Below the pieces are notes generated by a model that was not told the DNA's origin, made no database searches, and worked only from the letters and a program-made list of their open reading frames with translations. Both the position numbers and the translations under genes were made by a program. Of a stretch of 64,000 bases of DNA, positions 40,135-52,812 are shown in pieces. The stretch's first letter is position 1. Every line of letters starts with the position of its first letter. This DNA is from Octopus bimaculoides (lineage: Eukaryota): contig NC_068998.1 of the NCBI RefSeq assembly GCF_001194135.2, positions 53,416,006 through 53,480,005 on the forward strand. Direction: 5' to 3'.

Positions 40135-43100
40135 AAGAATATTTCAAGTGTGTGCAAGTGCAAGCGATAACCGGGCGGTACGTTGTTCTGTTAGACTTGA
40201 AATAATTTATTTTTGACATTTTATATTGCGAAATTCAAATATTATTGGAGTTAACTTTTATTCTTGGTATTTTGACGCCAATAGAATTAACGGTAGGCAT
40301 ATAACGAAGGCGAACGTTCCATTTCGCTCCCTCCTACCGACCAATATTTTTCTATAAATTGTCAGTGTTGTGCTTATGTAAGAAATCAATATTTGCGTGA
40401 TGAATTGTGGCTAGTTGACATTATCATACTGAGTTGTAATGGGTTTGTGTATTTGGTTTTTGTTTTCTCTGTATAGAAATTGAAATTCTGCTGGGATAAA
40501 GTTCGCCGTTCGTCCCTGTGATCAGCATCGAAGACCTTTCGATACTTGCCTCACTCTGAACGGCCACGCTCAATCAACGCCGTCGGGGCAATAGTTTATC
40601 TTCTTAATCGAAAACGTGTCTTTCAGGCTGCTCGTGGAACTTGCTTTATATTTCAAACTATAACACATCACAGTTTACCTTTATTTATATAATTATGGAT
40701 AGATCGCTTGATTTATTCATACAGGATTAGTTTATCTTCCCATTACAATATGAGCTCATGTGTGACGGGAAATATATCGGGCTGTAGTGTCTGGCATTCT
40801 TATATTTAAAGCATTTGCATAATAGAAACGTTAAATGAGCTTTCTATTTTCCGATGATTTAGTTAATTACTGTGATAAATCTATCATGCTTAAAGGTAAC
40901 CATTCGATATCGACTGTGTGTCTCATAGATTATTGATTGAACTTCCTGATTTTTTTTTTCTCAGTGAAATGTAATTATATAAAAATCTCTAGATATGGAG
41001 AGATAAAAAATATCTTTTAAATCTTAAATCAACATGGGTGTGACGCCGTACATATGAAGTAAAAATGATATCCATCTAATAACGCAAACAAAATTATTTC
41101 TCTGAGATACAAAGCAAACGTTTTAATGTCTGTTATTGATAATGTATAAAAAATTTTTTTTTGTTGTTTTATGTATATCAATTTTCTTCGATAACAGACA
41201 AATATTAAAAGTACAGTTTAGGAACATAAAGAAAAAAGGAAACAAAATGCAGTTTTTCCAGAAATATCTCACTCATATCTTGATCAAATCAATATATGAA
41301 GTCGGAAAATACAACTCAAAAGAAAACATTCAGAAAAACACAACGAAACACTTCTTTTTATATATTAGCTGCTATATTACGCCTGAGCAATGAGGAAGAT
41401 ATGCAATTTCAATATTCTATACTGACTACATATTTAGCCATTAAATACAGCTACAACCATCACATCCACATATTCTCGAAATCGTTTTGATTTCCTTTGA
41501 TTTGATAAATACACTTCCCAGTATCACAATAACCTAGATATCTTATTAGTGTAGCGCTTTTTCGAGTGTCTGCCATCTTACATAAAATACGATGCGACAA
41601 CAAAACTCTACTCTCTCTTATTTTCCTCTGCGTTTTTATCATTTAATTACAAACAGAAATGTGAGCCCAAGAAGAAAAGAAATGAATGGAGTACAGAATT
41701 CACAGTCGTCGTAAGGTCATGAAGTTTCGAAAATTTTAATGTTTTAAGGGAAAGTAATTTAGTTAATATTTATTTTCAACTTTTATGGCTCAATGATTAA
41801 AGCATAGATATTAATAGACTTGTGTAATTAATCGAGGAAACTTTTATGCACAATAACTGGCGAGGATGAATTGATGTAAGCCGCGGCTCTGGTGATGTAG
41901 AAACACTGCGCAGAGGCCACTCTTGAATGTTTCGACTGAAGAAGCCTAGCAAATTAATACAAGATAGATTCATCTCGGATAAGATATAATTTGGAAGTGT
42001 ATCAGAACAAAGAGTCATACATGACATTCTGCTAATGAAATAAGTAGCATATGAGATCTTAGATAAGGGAAAAAAAACAAATTCTGAAACAGTAGAACAC
42101 GAAGAAACTAGTGATGTTTTCATTTGGTAATTAGTATTACAAATATTTGAAAGAGTAAAATAAGTTTTAAGTAATGAGAAATAAGATAAATATAAAGTTA
42201 GTGAAGAAAGTTTCAACATAAAGGAAATATCTATTTCTGGTAATGCTATATAGACAAAATAGTAAGGTGATGAGGAAGAGGAAAAGAAGCTGGGTGCAAG
42301 TGTAAAGGAAGCGGTAATAGTCTGATGAAAAAGAACAAAGAAACATCACCCCACATATAAATGGTATTAGACAGTATTTATCAATTCAATAATAGATGGC
42401 ACAAGAGTTCAAAATTTTCTATTTCGCTTTCACAAATTTCCAGATTAATTTCTTTTTTGTATTCCTCAAATTTGTTCACATGCGGAAGTTCTATTACTAT
42501 CCAGAATTGATTAAAATAGTAGAGAAAGAGCTTACATAGAGATTCACCGAGGATATCTTTCGACGGTTCATTACTTGTGTAATGGCCCGAAGATCAACCA
42601 GTGGAACCGAGACAATAATTTAAGCTAATGTTGTTGGAGAAAAGAAAAAAGAGTATTTCTTAAAAAAACAGTTTTGACAATATTACAATATATTTGCGAC
42701 TTAAACTACGAATGCCAGTCTCTGAGAAATTCGAAGATGCGAAGCGGATGTAGCGCAGTCTTGATTTTACAGAAGTATATTACTAGAGTCTATTTCATCA
42801 TTTAAAAAGATTTGAGACAGTATTATATCAAGTGACTGAATTTTATCTCAGAACATTTAATAATGACAACATACAGGTATAGAATGCTAACAATATTAAG
42901 TGCAGCAATCCGTCCTAATACATCAACTGAAAATACAGAAAAAAAACAGCATATCAGACAAAAACCCAAAACCAAAAAGATATGTGTCACGTGTAAGTGA
43001 ATATATTTAATACAAGAATATCGTAAAACATAACCAATATTTAAATATCGTAAAATCGTAACGAAAAGATACGTTATCCAAGTCAGGCTGGGCGAAGTAG

Positions 43101-44423
43101 CTATGTTGTGAAAAAGGAAGTAATATGCAAATATGGACTAAAATTTTCACCATAGAATACTGACAGGAAATTGCTTCAAAAGTTTCCTTACGTATAATTT
43201 TCGTAGATTGAAAATCTTATCAGAAAGCTCAGTGCTTAAATCATTTCAATATGATTGTTTTTAATATTTTGTATGATCTAAATAATAACTTGTATGATCT
43301 GAATAGCATTTACTGTGACTATTTTGTACGTCTAGACTGGTAAGAGAATTATTAGTTTGCTAATAGAGGTGCCATACTTGAGTGCAGTCTGGAACTTTGT
43401 AAACATCTCGGAAAGCAGGTATTCGATAAGGATATGAGGTCAAAAATTCCAAATATAAAGTTGATGCAGGTAATGGAAAACGTTTCATCTCCGGTTCGAA
43501 ATGGTATAACATTATTAAAAACCACTCATTTCAGACACTTAAAACTTTAATCGAAAATAGCCTGAGCAGAAAGCTGAAGCAAAGTTCTAGAGACACTATT
43601 ATTCTTTTGAGGTTTTATAAGAATATCTTTGTGGTGCAACAAGTTATTTCAATAGAAAGTGATTAGCTAACTCAGAATTATGAAAATACTTTTCATTACA
43701 TATTCTGTGATCACATATGCTTTCAGTTTATCTAAAAACATATGTAACTACTAACTACTATAAACCCAAATTGGATTCGATAGAATAAAGGGAGATAAAT
43801 AAAGTGGAAAATATAGGACATATCCCTGCGTGCTGGAAGTATGGCAGATATTCCTACTTATGGAATATTACTACTTATGGGAAGCATGGGAGATATTGTT
43901 GTATTTCTTAAAAAGCAGTAATGCTTTGCGGAAGGCAAAAACGAGTTTCCTGGAAATACAAGGTGAAATCAAACTAGTTTGTTTTCGGTTTCACCAAAAT
44001 TTATATAAGAACACACACACACGCACACACGTGTGTGTGTGTGCGTACTTATCTATATGTATATATAAAATTATCGTTCGCGTAACATTGTTAACGGTAA
44101 TATTTTGAAAACAAAAGCCTTTAATATTCAGTTTCATATATATTTGTGAGTGTGTGTGTGTGTGATTATTTGTGTGTGCGTGAGTGTGGGACAGAAAGAG
44201 ATAGGGGTAAATAAATACAATTTACGATAAATAATTGCAGTTTTATTTTGATTAAAACATCCGCGTCTTCGGAGCAAAGACTGCATACCTTCGTCTGCTT
44301 TAGCATCTGTGACTGTTGTCCACTCCCACTCCATGTGTTGCTTTCTTCTCTTTTGTTCTTCTTTCCTTCTAGCCTGATCGACAGAAAACAAATTGTGTTT
44401 TATTACATGTAAGACACACACAC

Positions 44424-44468
<45 letters not shown>

Positions 44469-44883
44469 GAGTCACAATTATACACTTTAGTAAGTTATTA
44501 TTTATATTTTCATTTTTAAGTGGTTGAAGATTGCTGGAACATAATTATACAAAAGGGTGGGCGAGACAATGTTTTTGGTTTGTTGTGTTTTAAGTGTGAA
44601 AGCTTTTAAATATCCTTTAGTGCATATTTGATTAAAGTTAAATAACAATATCAATTTAAAAAAAAAGAAATTGTTTTTCGTAATTATATTTATAATGGAT
44701 TATTTTTACTGCAGTGAGATACTTCACACCACACAGCAAAACATAAGTTTAATGTTCGTTCATATTTGATAACGATTTACATCGATAACATGATGGAATC
44801 TGTCAGGTTATGAGACTAAAATGACAATTTGAGAATGGAGAATGTTATAGTTTGAACTTCAGCGAGGCATCAGCAAGCAGATT

Positions 44884-45072
44884 TATTCTTTTCGACTCTA
44901 GGCACAAGGTTCGAAATTTTTAGGGGAGGGTGCAGTCGATTTGATCGACCCTAGTATGCACCTAGTACATAATTTATTGACCCTTAAAGGATGAAAGGCA
45001 AAGTCGACCTCGGCAGGATTTGAACACAAAACATAAACACAGACGAAATACCGCTAAGCATTTCGTCCGGCG
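44884..45072 (-). mobile_element. Family-A SINE lacking its extreme 5' end
   Basis: Plus strand carries aaggatgaaaggcaaagtcgacctcggcaggatttgaac...gacgaaataccgctaagcatttcgtccggcg. Confidence 0.85.
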
Positions 45073-45440
45073 AATGATGAATGATGATGAAAAGGATGAC
45101 AAGGGGAAGGGTGAAAAAGATATTGATGATAACGGTGGGGGGAAATGATGACAATGATCCTCAGGATAAGCATGGCACCGATGACGATGAAGTCAATCAC
45201 GATGAAGAGAGTGACGGGCGGGGATCACGACGACATCGATGACGATGACAACGCCGAATGTATTGGGGACGATTGCAATGGCAAGCAGACGACACTGCTA
45301 CGGTTATTGGTGACGATGATGATGATGATGATGATGATGATGAGGAGGAGGAGGAGGAGGAAGTGTAGGACGTGGGATTTGAGAATGATAATGATGATGA
45401 TGATGGTGACCACGTCGACGACAAAGATGACAATCATGAC
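45073..45440. repeat. Decayed (GAT/GAC)n and (GAG)n trinucleotide tract
   Basis: Pure (gat)n at about 45313-45341 and (gag)n at about 45342-45360 sit within GAY-rich sequence. They generate the poly-M, D, H and S pseudo-ORFs. Confidence 0.8.
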
Positions 45441-45519
45441 TTGGTTCGCTCAACGTACACCATATCACTTTCACAGTTGTTCCCATTACTGCACTTGTTA
45501 CCTGAGGTGTGTCGCCTCT

Positions 45520-45538
45520 TAACCCTAACCCTAACCCT
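45520..45538. repeat. Short interstitial telomere-type repeat, about (CCCTAA)3
   Basis: taaccctaaccctaaccct. Confidence 0.6.
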
Positions 45539-45805
45539 TTCACAATCATTCAGACAGCGCTACGAAGTTGACGTAATACTGAATTATTAATTCAATTTAC
45601 GAGGTTCAAATAACAAACAAAAGAATGAAAATTAATGTAAAACCGTTAAATGTTTCAAACTGCGCATACATAATCCGTGTTTACCTTTATAGGAAGTTTC
45701 ACATTAAATGCTAGCAATAGATTTCAAAATTTATTTGTGTCAAACGCCACATGCAAAGGAATGGTAACGCACGTATATACCAATGCAGATACACACCTAT
45801 GTACA

Positions 45806-45876
<71 letters not shown>

Positions 45877-45984
45877 CACACACACATGCATAATATGCAT
45901 ACATTCATACGTTCATATATCTGCTTTCATGTGCATATATGCATAAATATATGTATGCATGTATATATATTTATATATATATAT

Positions 45985-46072
45985 ATTCGTATGTGTATAC
46001 ATTCGTATGTGTATACATTCGTATGTGTATACATTCGTATGTGCATACATTCGTATGTATATACATTCGCAT
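45985..46072 (+). repeat. 16-bp tandem repeat (attcgtatgtgtatac), about 5.5 copies
   Basis: Units start at 45985, 46001, 46017, 46033, 46049 and 46065, with single-base variants in the later units. Confidence 0.9.
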
Positions 46073-46744
46073 ATATATATATATATAGACGTATGTAAGT
46101 TTTATGTTTCTGTGTTTATACATATATATGTATGCATGCTTGCATATGTATATGTATGTGTGTGTGTGTGAGTGCGAGTGCAAAATATCATACCTATTTA
46201 TTACAGAGGAAATTAGATGTGATTCAGAAGAGACTGTTGTAATTTGTTACCTCTATCTCGGTTGCAAATTATAGTTTCGCAGGCAATATTTTCAGATAAA
46301 ATAAATTTCGCATATTGTAGATATATTTAGAGAAAGCAATAATATTTTCAGTTATACTATTTCTCGTAAAACTATTTTCAATTTTACTATTTTTATCGAA
46401 AGCCATTCTGTTTACAATCAACAACTCTCTCATATTCACTGTTTATATAGTTTTTTTTTAACGTGTGTCAATTACTCTTTGGATTGGAAATTTGTTTGAA
46501 AGCTATGTTAACAATTCAGTTTCGTTTCCATGCTTAGATATCTTATTGATCTTCTCTTACTATTTTCATCGATTAAGAAGAAACTCGATGATTTTTTTGG
46601 CTCCAAATTTATACTTCACTTAGTCTTTGTTATTATTCTAATTATTATCCAGAGCGACGAGAACTGATTCGATGTAATCGGCTCACCTCTTCTCCGAAAT
46701 TGATGTCTCCATGCCAAATTTTAAAAACAGTATTATTATTATTT

Positions 46745-46965
46745 AGAGCGACAAACTCACTGAATCGTTAACGTGTTGCACAAATTGCTTCGCTGCATTT
46801 TTTCTGGCTTTACGTATTCAGTCCAAATTCTGCTGAGGTCAGTTTTACCTTTCATCCTTTTGGGATCTATGAAATTAGTTTCAGTTGAATCCTGGGATCG
46901 ATGTAATAGTCTAGCCATTCTCCCATAAATTATCAAACCCTGTGACTATAATAAAAAGGATTATT
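46745..46965 (+). mobile_element. Old, diverged family-A SINE
   Basis: gagcgacaaactcactgaatcgttaac...caaattctgctgaggtcagttttacctttcatccttttggg...ctgggatcgatgtaat...aaggattattg. Confidence 0.65.
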
Positions 46966-47119
46966 GTTTTTGTTGGCGTTACTAATAGAGTGCACATGAA
47001 AATCAATATCAAATATGAGAGGAGTTCCAACTGATGAAAGACGAATGCGACTGAATTCCAAAACGCATTCTCTACGTACAGTCAAAAATCGTCTCACACT
47101 AAATTCGTTTCTGCACCCA

Positions 47120-47420
47120 ACGTGGCTTGGCTCTGCGGCACATTAACCATCCAGGTGGATTGTCATGTAAACAGTAGCACGGAATCTGGCATCAGAAGTG
47201 CATCCAAAATTTCTGATCAGGATGCAGCCCCCCACCCCACTTACAGTGCAAGAAGCTATGGGCCAAATGGCTTGCATGTGAGTTCTTCTCTGAAGACCTT
47301 CCATGGAGTTTCTTAATGCCTTATTACTGTTAATAAAGCGCTCGTAAAAATGGATGTCTTGGTTTCGGTGGAGTGATGTTGTAGGGCAGGATTATGTTGT
47401 AGGGCAGAGCATCTTTCTCC
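47120..47420 (-). mobile_element. Possible DNA-transposon C-terminal remnant with a Cys-rich tail (Academ-like)
   Basis: Frameshifted minus-strand peptides QRRTHMQAIW, GCTS and CQIPCYC...LMC resemble the RAHxQAxIW and CxCxxxCxxxxCxC motifs of large XPG/Cys8-type transposon proteins. Locally higher GC. Confidence 0.3.
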
Positions 47421-50400
47421 ACAGAACTGGCTGATCTCGTTCCGGCTACACTAAATCCATCCCATTAATAATATCTCAACAACTGTGGCTCTCCACTAAC
47501 AGCCATGCTTAGGGTTTGTTGTCCTTCTTTTCGTGTTTTAGCTCACTAAACATCCTATTTCTGTAATCATCTTCAATTGTTGCTTCTGCTGCGTTCCCTA
47601 AGAAACATGTTGATCTTACCGGCTTTATCTGCAGATAAAATGAAGATAATTGATTCAATGCTTGTGTGTCTTCAGCAGAGTTGCATTTCATTTCAGAAAT
47701 CTTTCTATTCTTCGACCAGAAACATTTTTTTTTTTTTTTGTAACTGACATAGATTCTGAAGTATTAATTTGCAACCACTTTCAAACTATACGTAATCTAT
47801 TACTAAGCGGTCTTCTCCACGTGTAAGAAACTGATGTAGTATAAATATTAGAGTAGTAAATATACTAACCTACGTAACCTTAAATAGAAACAAAAAAAAA
47901 GATATAAAACATCCGGATTGGTCTCAGAAGATTCGTGATGCTCAACAGGACTGCAGGTGCTCAGTAGAGATGCATAAAAGTAACATCGAAAAAGCCACCA
48001 TCCCAAATGAAAGAACAATGAAATATGAACTACCTCGCATTGTAATCGATCTTTGGATCTGATATAAATAGGGGCTCTAACATCTCAAGAATAATATCCT
48101 CCTTTCTTAAAGTTAAGTAAATAAATATGTTGATAAAAATAATTATGGTTAAACAAAAATGGTCATTGTTAGAAAGTTTTGAATTGCAGCTTATCCAATA
48201 AAACATTTTACCCTGCGGTTAAACGGTGGCAACAAAAGTTATTAATCTCTCTGTATGAAATTTGCCTTTTTTAACACTTATTATACTTACGATATTAAAA
48301 CTGAATCATTTATATTCATTATTCATGAATATTCTAATTCATTGTCTGATGAGTTGTTCTTTAGATTCACTTGGGATTCATTCATGACAATGATGTCTAG
48401 ACATTCCTATAATCAATTTATTTAAAATACATTTGGTAAAAACAACAAAATGTTTTTATTCTTTTTTTCCGTGTCCGAATATAAAGAAAACATAACTTTG
48501 TAAAAAATACGAAATTAATGTGAAATATTTAATAATGTACTGGTCATTACTAAGCTTTTAGCAAAGTATATGTTTCTGAGAAAGGAAAATACTCGTCAAA
48601 GACTAATATTGTTTTGATTATTCTTGAAATAACAGCAGGTAACGCAGGACAGGTTTTCGTTTCATTGCACCACCTCAGTAAGCAGAGACTTGACCGAACT
48701 TTGGCGGAATAATGATCATACAATCATATACTATGTGTAAAATATATTAAATTAAATAGCGTAGGAAATTTGCATAGTTGACAGAAAGAAAATTACTTAG
48801 AAAAACGACAAAGCAGCATCCAAATGAAAAACATTAATCTTATTAGCGCGTTGTTTGTCAATAATCTCACCGTTTATATTTATTGGCAATAATTTAAAAG
48901 TATCTTTTGATCTCCTCACGTCTATATCATTCATTCATTACAACTTGAAACACTGCAGGAACCGTGATCATCCAACCTGCTAGAAATGAAAACATATAAT
49001 TTGCTTTAATACCATAATACCCAAAAATACTGAAGGATAGCAATTAGTTTGCCTTGGGAGTGGTATAGTTCATCATGGACTTGTGCGATTGAGACGGACC
49101 TGGGTTAAATGACAATTAAGACAACAGTTCTCCAGTGCACTGTCTTGAATAAGCTACACTTGAAATAAACATACTCAGTGGTATGAGACCATGTAGACCA
49201 ATGGTTTCTACCCATTTCACTATACAATACCTCGTCTATTTAAACGAATCCTTTCGTGGAGTGTATGGTTTCGCGAGTTCTGATTAATTATTTAACTGAT
49301 TACATAAAACAAACTCATTTCTATCGATTCACTGTGTGATGTAGTCTTCCCTTACTCTAAAAATGACAGGGGAGCTAGTATAGAATTTGTGTATCTTTGT
49401 TGCCACGCGCAACAACAGAACAAAGCATATCTCTCGAGAGTAATACACGCTTTTAGGACAATTTTGAAAGTAAAAGTGTCGACCATTTTTGTTGCCGTTA
49501 ATGTTCGTTAGTAGCAGAAAATGCCTGACTTAGTGAACCAATAAGAAAACGGTTCCTGGGATGACTATCTATATTTTATTCAGGCTTAGATTAGCTAATA
49601 CAATTCTAGATAATAAAACCTTAAATCACACCATATCATTTTATTTTAGATGATCTGCTGTGTTTGAAAGAAAATCTGGTTAATGTTTCTGACAATTCGA
49701 AAGACCATATTGAGACTCCTGTGTTAATAATGTTCAGCTTGTTTCCATAAATGTTTTACTAGAAAATATATTTTGACAAACAAATAATACCAGTGTTTTC
49801 TCTTTGACTATCACACGCATACACACACATGCACACACACACACAGACGCTCACTCCTATAAATGAAAGCCTGTAAAATGAAACTGTCTGTCACATTAAA
49901 TGTTGATCATTTCAACATTTACTGAGATTCCATATGTCATGAGAGTTGTGTTTGTTCAGTTATGTAGATCAAGGTGAGAGAGACATAAAATTAACACCGT
50001 ACGGTCTGTCATATGTATTATATTGAGTTGGAAACTTACGACAAAATGTGATTATCCATACAAGTAGGAGACAGATATTCCCCTAGATATTTCAGTATCT
50101 AAAACATTGAGATTCAAGTAAAATAACTACAACACAGAAGTATTTACTGTAATTGTCAAAATTACAGCTTATGAAAATTGCACTTCGACATGACATTCCA
50201 AGCCTAATAATGAGAGCAATGAAAATATTTTGGTCTGGTTAACGAAATCCATCATAATCAAAAGTAGCTTGGAGCCTAGATGTAAGAGTATTTGACTCTA
50301 GATCATAATGTCGAGAGTTCAATGATACTACGGGATCGTTTCTCGAGTACGGTTTTCCTTAACATTTTGCAGCAATCTACTCACTTTCTAATAATTATGA

Positions 50401-51211
50401 ACTCAGGGCTATTTCGGCTCGTTTCCTCGCGTTCCCCTCCTTCAGTTGTCATGCTCTCACGTTATACAAGGTTAAAGAATGAGACTTTCGCGTGTTTCCT
50501 CGTCGCCTACTATACGAAGTCATACGCTCACATGGGTGACGGCTGCCTTAATAAAAACAAATATCAGTTCTCAGGGGGAACCTTTAGGAGACAATTCCGT
50601 GATGGATTAAAATTATGATGAATGTCAAACAATGTCTCGTTAAAACAGCTAAAACACCGTATAAAAGAATAAAGCCTCATTTAACGATTTAATTCCAATG
50701 TGTATAATCACACAAATACACATACACACACGCATTCACACACCTGCACGCACCTTTTTATTTGGTTATTGATATGTATACTCATGTGTGTGTGTCTCTC
50801 TTATCTGAAATATTCAAGATAATAATTCTAAAATTTCATTTACTGTTTTATAGAAATCAGATGCATTTTAGATGGATTTCATATTCGTAATTAAAGTTTC
50901 TTCTTTATGTTCAGTTCATAATTTCTAAACGTGATATCCTCACTTTGGATTAATTTTTCAATTCAAAACATAATTAGCATTTCTTTCTCTTTATTCCAAA
51001 TTTCTTTGCACTTATTAAATTTGATTTTTTCTCCATAGAATATTTTTTAAACAATACAATATGAAATTATGGTAGAATTTAAGTTCATTTAAGCAGGAAT
51101 GTTCTCTTATGTGCCGTGTATTTCTTCCAGCATGATACTACATGTCAGAATTTTGGCTTCGTATTTCCCATCTTCACTTTAGAGATACTGGCGCACTGCC
51201 TGAAAAGTTGC

Positions 51212-51257
<46 letters not shown>

Positions 51258-51348
51258 TTTCTATTTCCGTCTACCAAATCCACTCAGAAGGATTTGGTTC
51301 GACCAAGGTTGTAGTAAAAGACTGAACCCAGTACCATGTAGTTGGGAA
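51258..51348 (-). mobile_element. Internally shortened family-B SINE
   Basis: ctttctatttccgtctaccaaatccactc...ggttcgaccaaggttgtagtaaaagactgaaccc...gttgggaaacc is the reverse complement of the family seen at 35700. Confidence 0.6.
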
Positions 51349-52011
51349 ACCAATGTCTTGTCACACAGCGTGTTTGTATGTGTGTGTGTGTGTGTTTCTG
51401 TGAGTGCGTGTGTCTGTGTGTGTGTGTGCGCGTGAATTTCCATGATTTCCGAATTATTCTGAAGATTTATCATGTAGGTCAAAGATTGACAGAAGAAAAA
51501 TGGAATTATTATATTATTATTACACATCAATTTCTATGTATATTGGGGAATGAAAGGAAATGAGAAAAAAACAACCTGAAGGAAATCAGAGTAGAATATA
51601 TACATTTGATTTATCTATGATTAGTTTATTGTTATAAACATTGAGAAAATGATTTAGTTCTGTAATTGAGCTGAATAGAAATACTAAATTTGACAGCAAA
51701 AAATATGAACCATTCCATCCATTTTCATCCATTAAGATATAATTCTTTTACACAAAACATACAATTAGAAAAGTGAAGAAAACATTTTTTTAGTTTCTAA
51801 TTGAGGTTGCCTTTTTAGAATGTTTTCTTTATTATTTTCGTTTTTGTAAATAAATCTTTTAAATAAATTATATGTTATTTCTTTTACAATCTGCTTAGTA
51901 TTTGACGTCCATTTTTCTCTATGACATATCATATTCGTTCAAGTACAAACACTACTTTACATACACATATATATGTGTGTGTGCGTATAGATAGATAGAT
52001 ATATATGTATA

Positions 52012-52047
<36 letters not shown>

Positions 52048-52669
52048 GCATATGTTGTATGTATATATAATATGTGAGTGTGTGTGTGTGGTAGCGGAGC
52101 TAAAGTACGCAGAATGAAGCTGCTTGACGCAGACGGATCTTGATCACTGTTACGTAAACACAGTAAGTTATAACGTACTTACTCTCTCCTGTTGTTTACA
52201 GTAGTGCCTGGAAATAAAGTGTGTAGAGTATGATCATCTCACCACTTTACAGAGCTTCCATCAGAGAATCTGTATCAACGAGATTTGAAGACGTCGAAAA
52301 ATCCCCAAAATTCCAACCAGGCAGTTGCTCACGACGTTAAAAAAAGAAGTTCCAGGAATGCTTCCATCGATGGATGTGTGTGATTTGAGGAGGGGACAAT
52401 TTTCAAGGAGATTAATTGTCCAATTGGTATGCGTTTTTGTTTCATTTTATACTCCCGGTATTTATTTTTCAGTTCGTGTACATATCCATTATTCCTCTTC
52501 CGTTTGTAGAGGTACAAAACTGCGTGTCTTACGATAAATGAAAGAAGAAGTACTCCACGTGTTTTTCTTAACATGATTCGCTCCTTTATTCTTCTCTTTA
52601 CATTGAATGGCATAAAAATTCTTTCGAACTTCGGAAGAAAGTTCACTGTTTTGAGGAGAAAGTGATGTC

Positions 52670-52812
52670 GCTTACAAGTCGATTACTCAATCCCCGAAGG
52701 GATGAAAACTAAATTCCATCTTTGTGGCATTGGAATTCATCACATAAAGACTTGAAAGACATCCAGTTAAGCCTCTTGCCTGGCACTGTAACAATTCTGC
52801 CAGCTCACCCTC
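52670..52812 (-). mobile_element. Diverged family-A SINE
   Basis: ccccgaagggatgaaaac...taacaattctgccagctcaccc. Confidence 0.55.

Noticed and set aside
41930-41960. ctgaagaag hammerhead/Penelope-like core
   Set aside because: No stem II or GAAA follows.
45145-45590. Acidic, poly-M and poly-H ORFs
   Set aside because: They derive from a decayed trinucleotide tract that is open in several frames on both strands.
52090-52430. Acceptor-like site at 52200 and donor-like sites nearby
   Set aside because: All three frames hit early stops, and the upstream gtaagt would give an intron of only about 40 nt.
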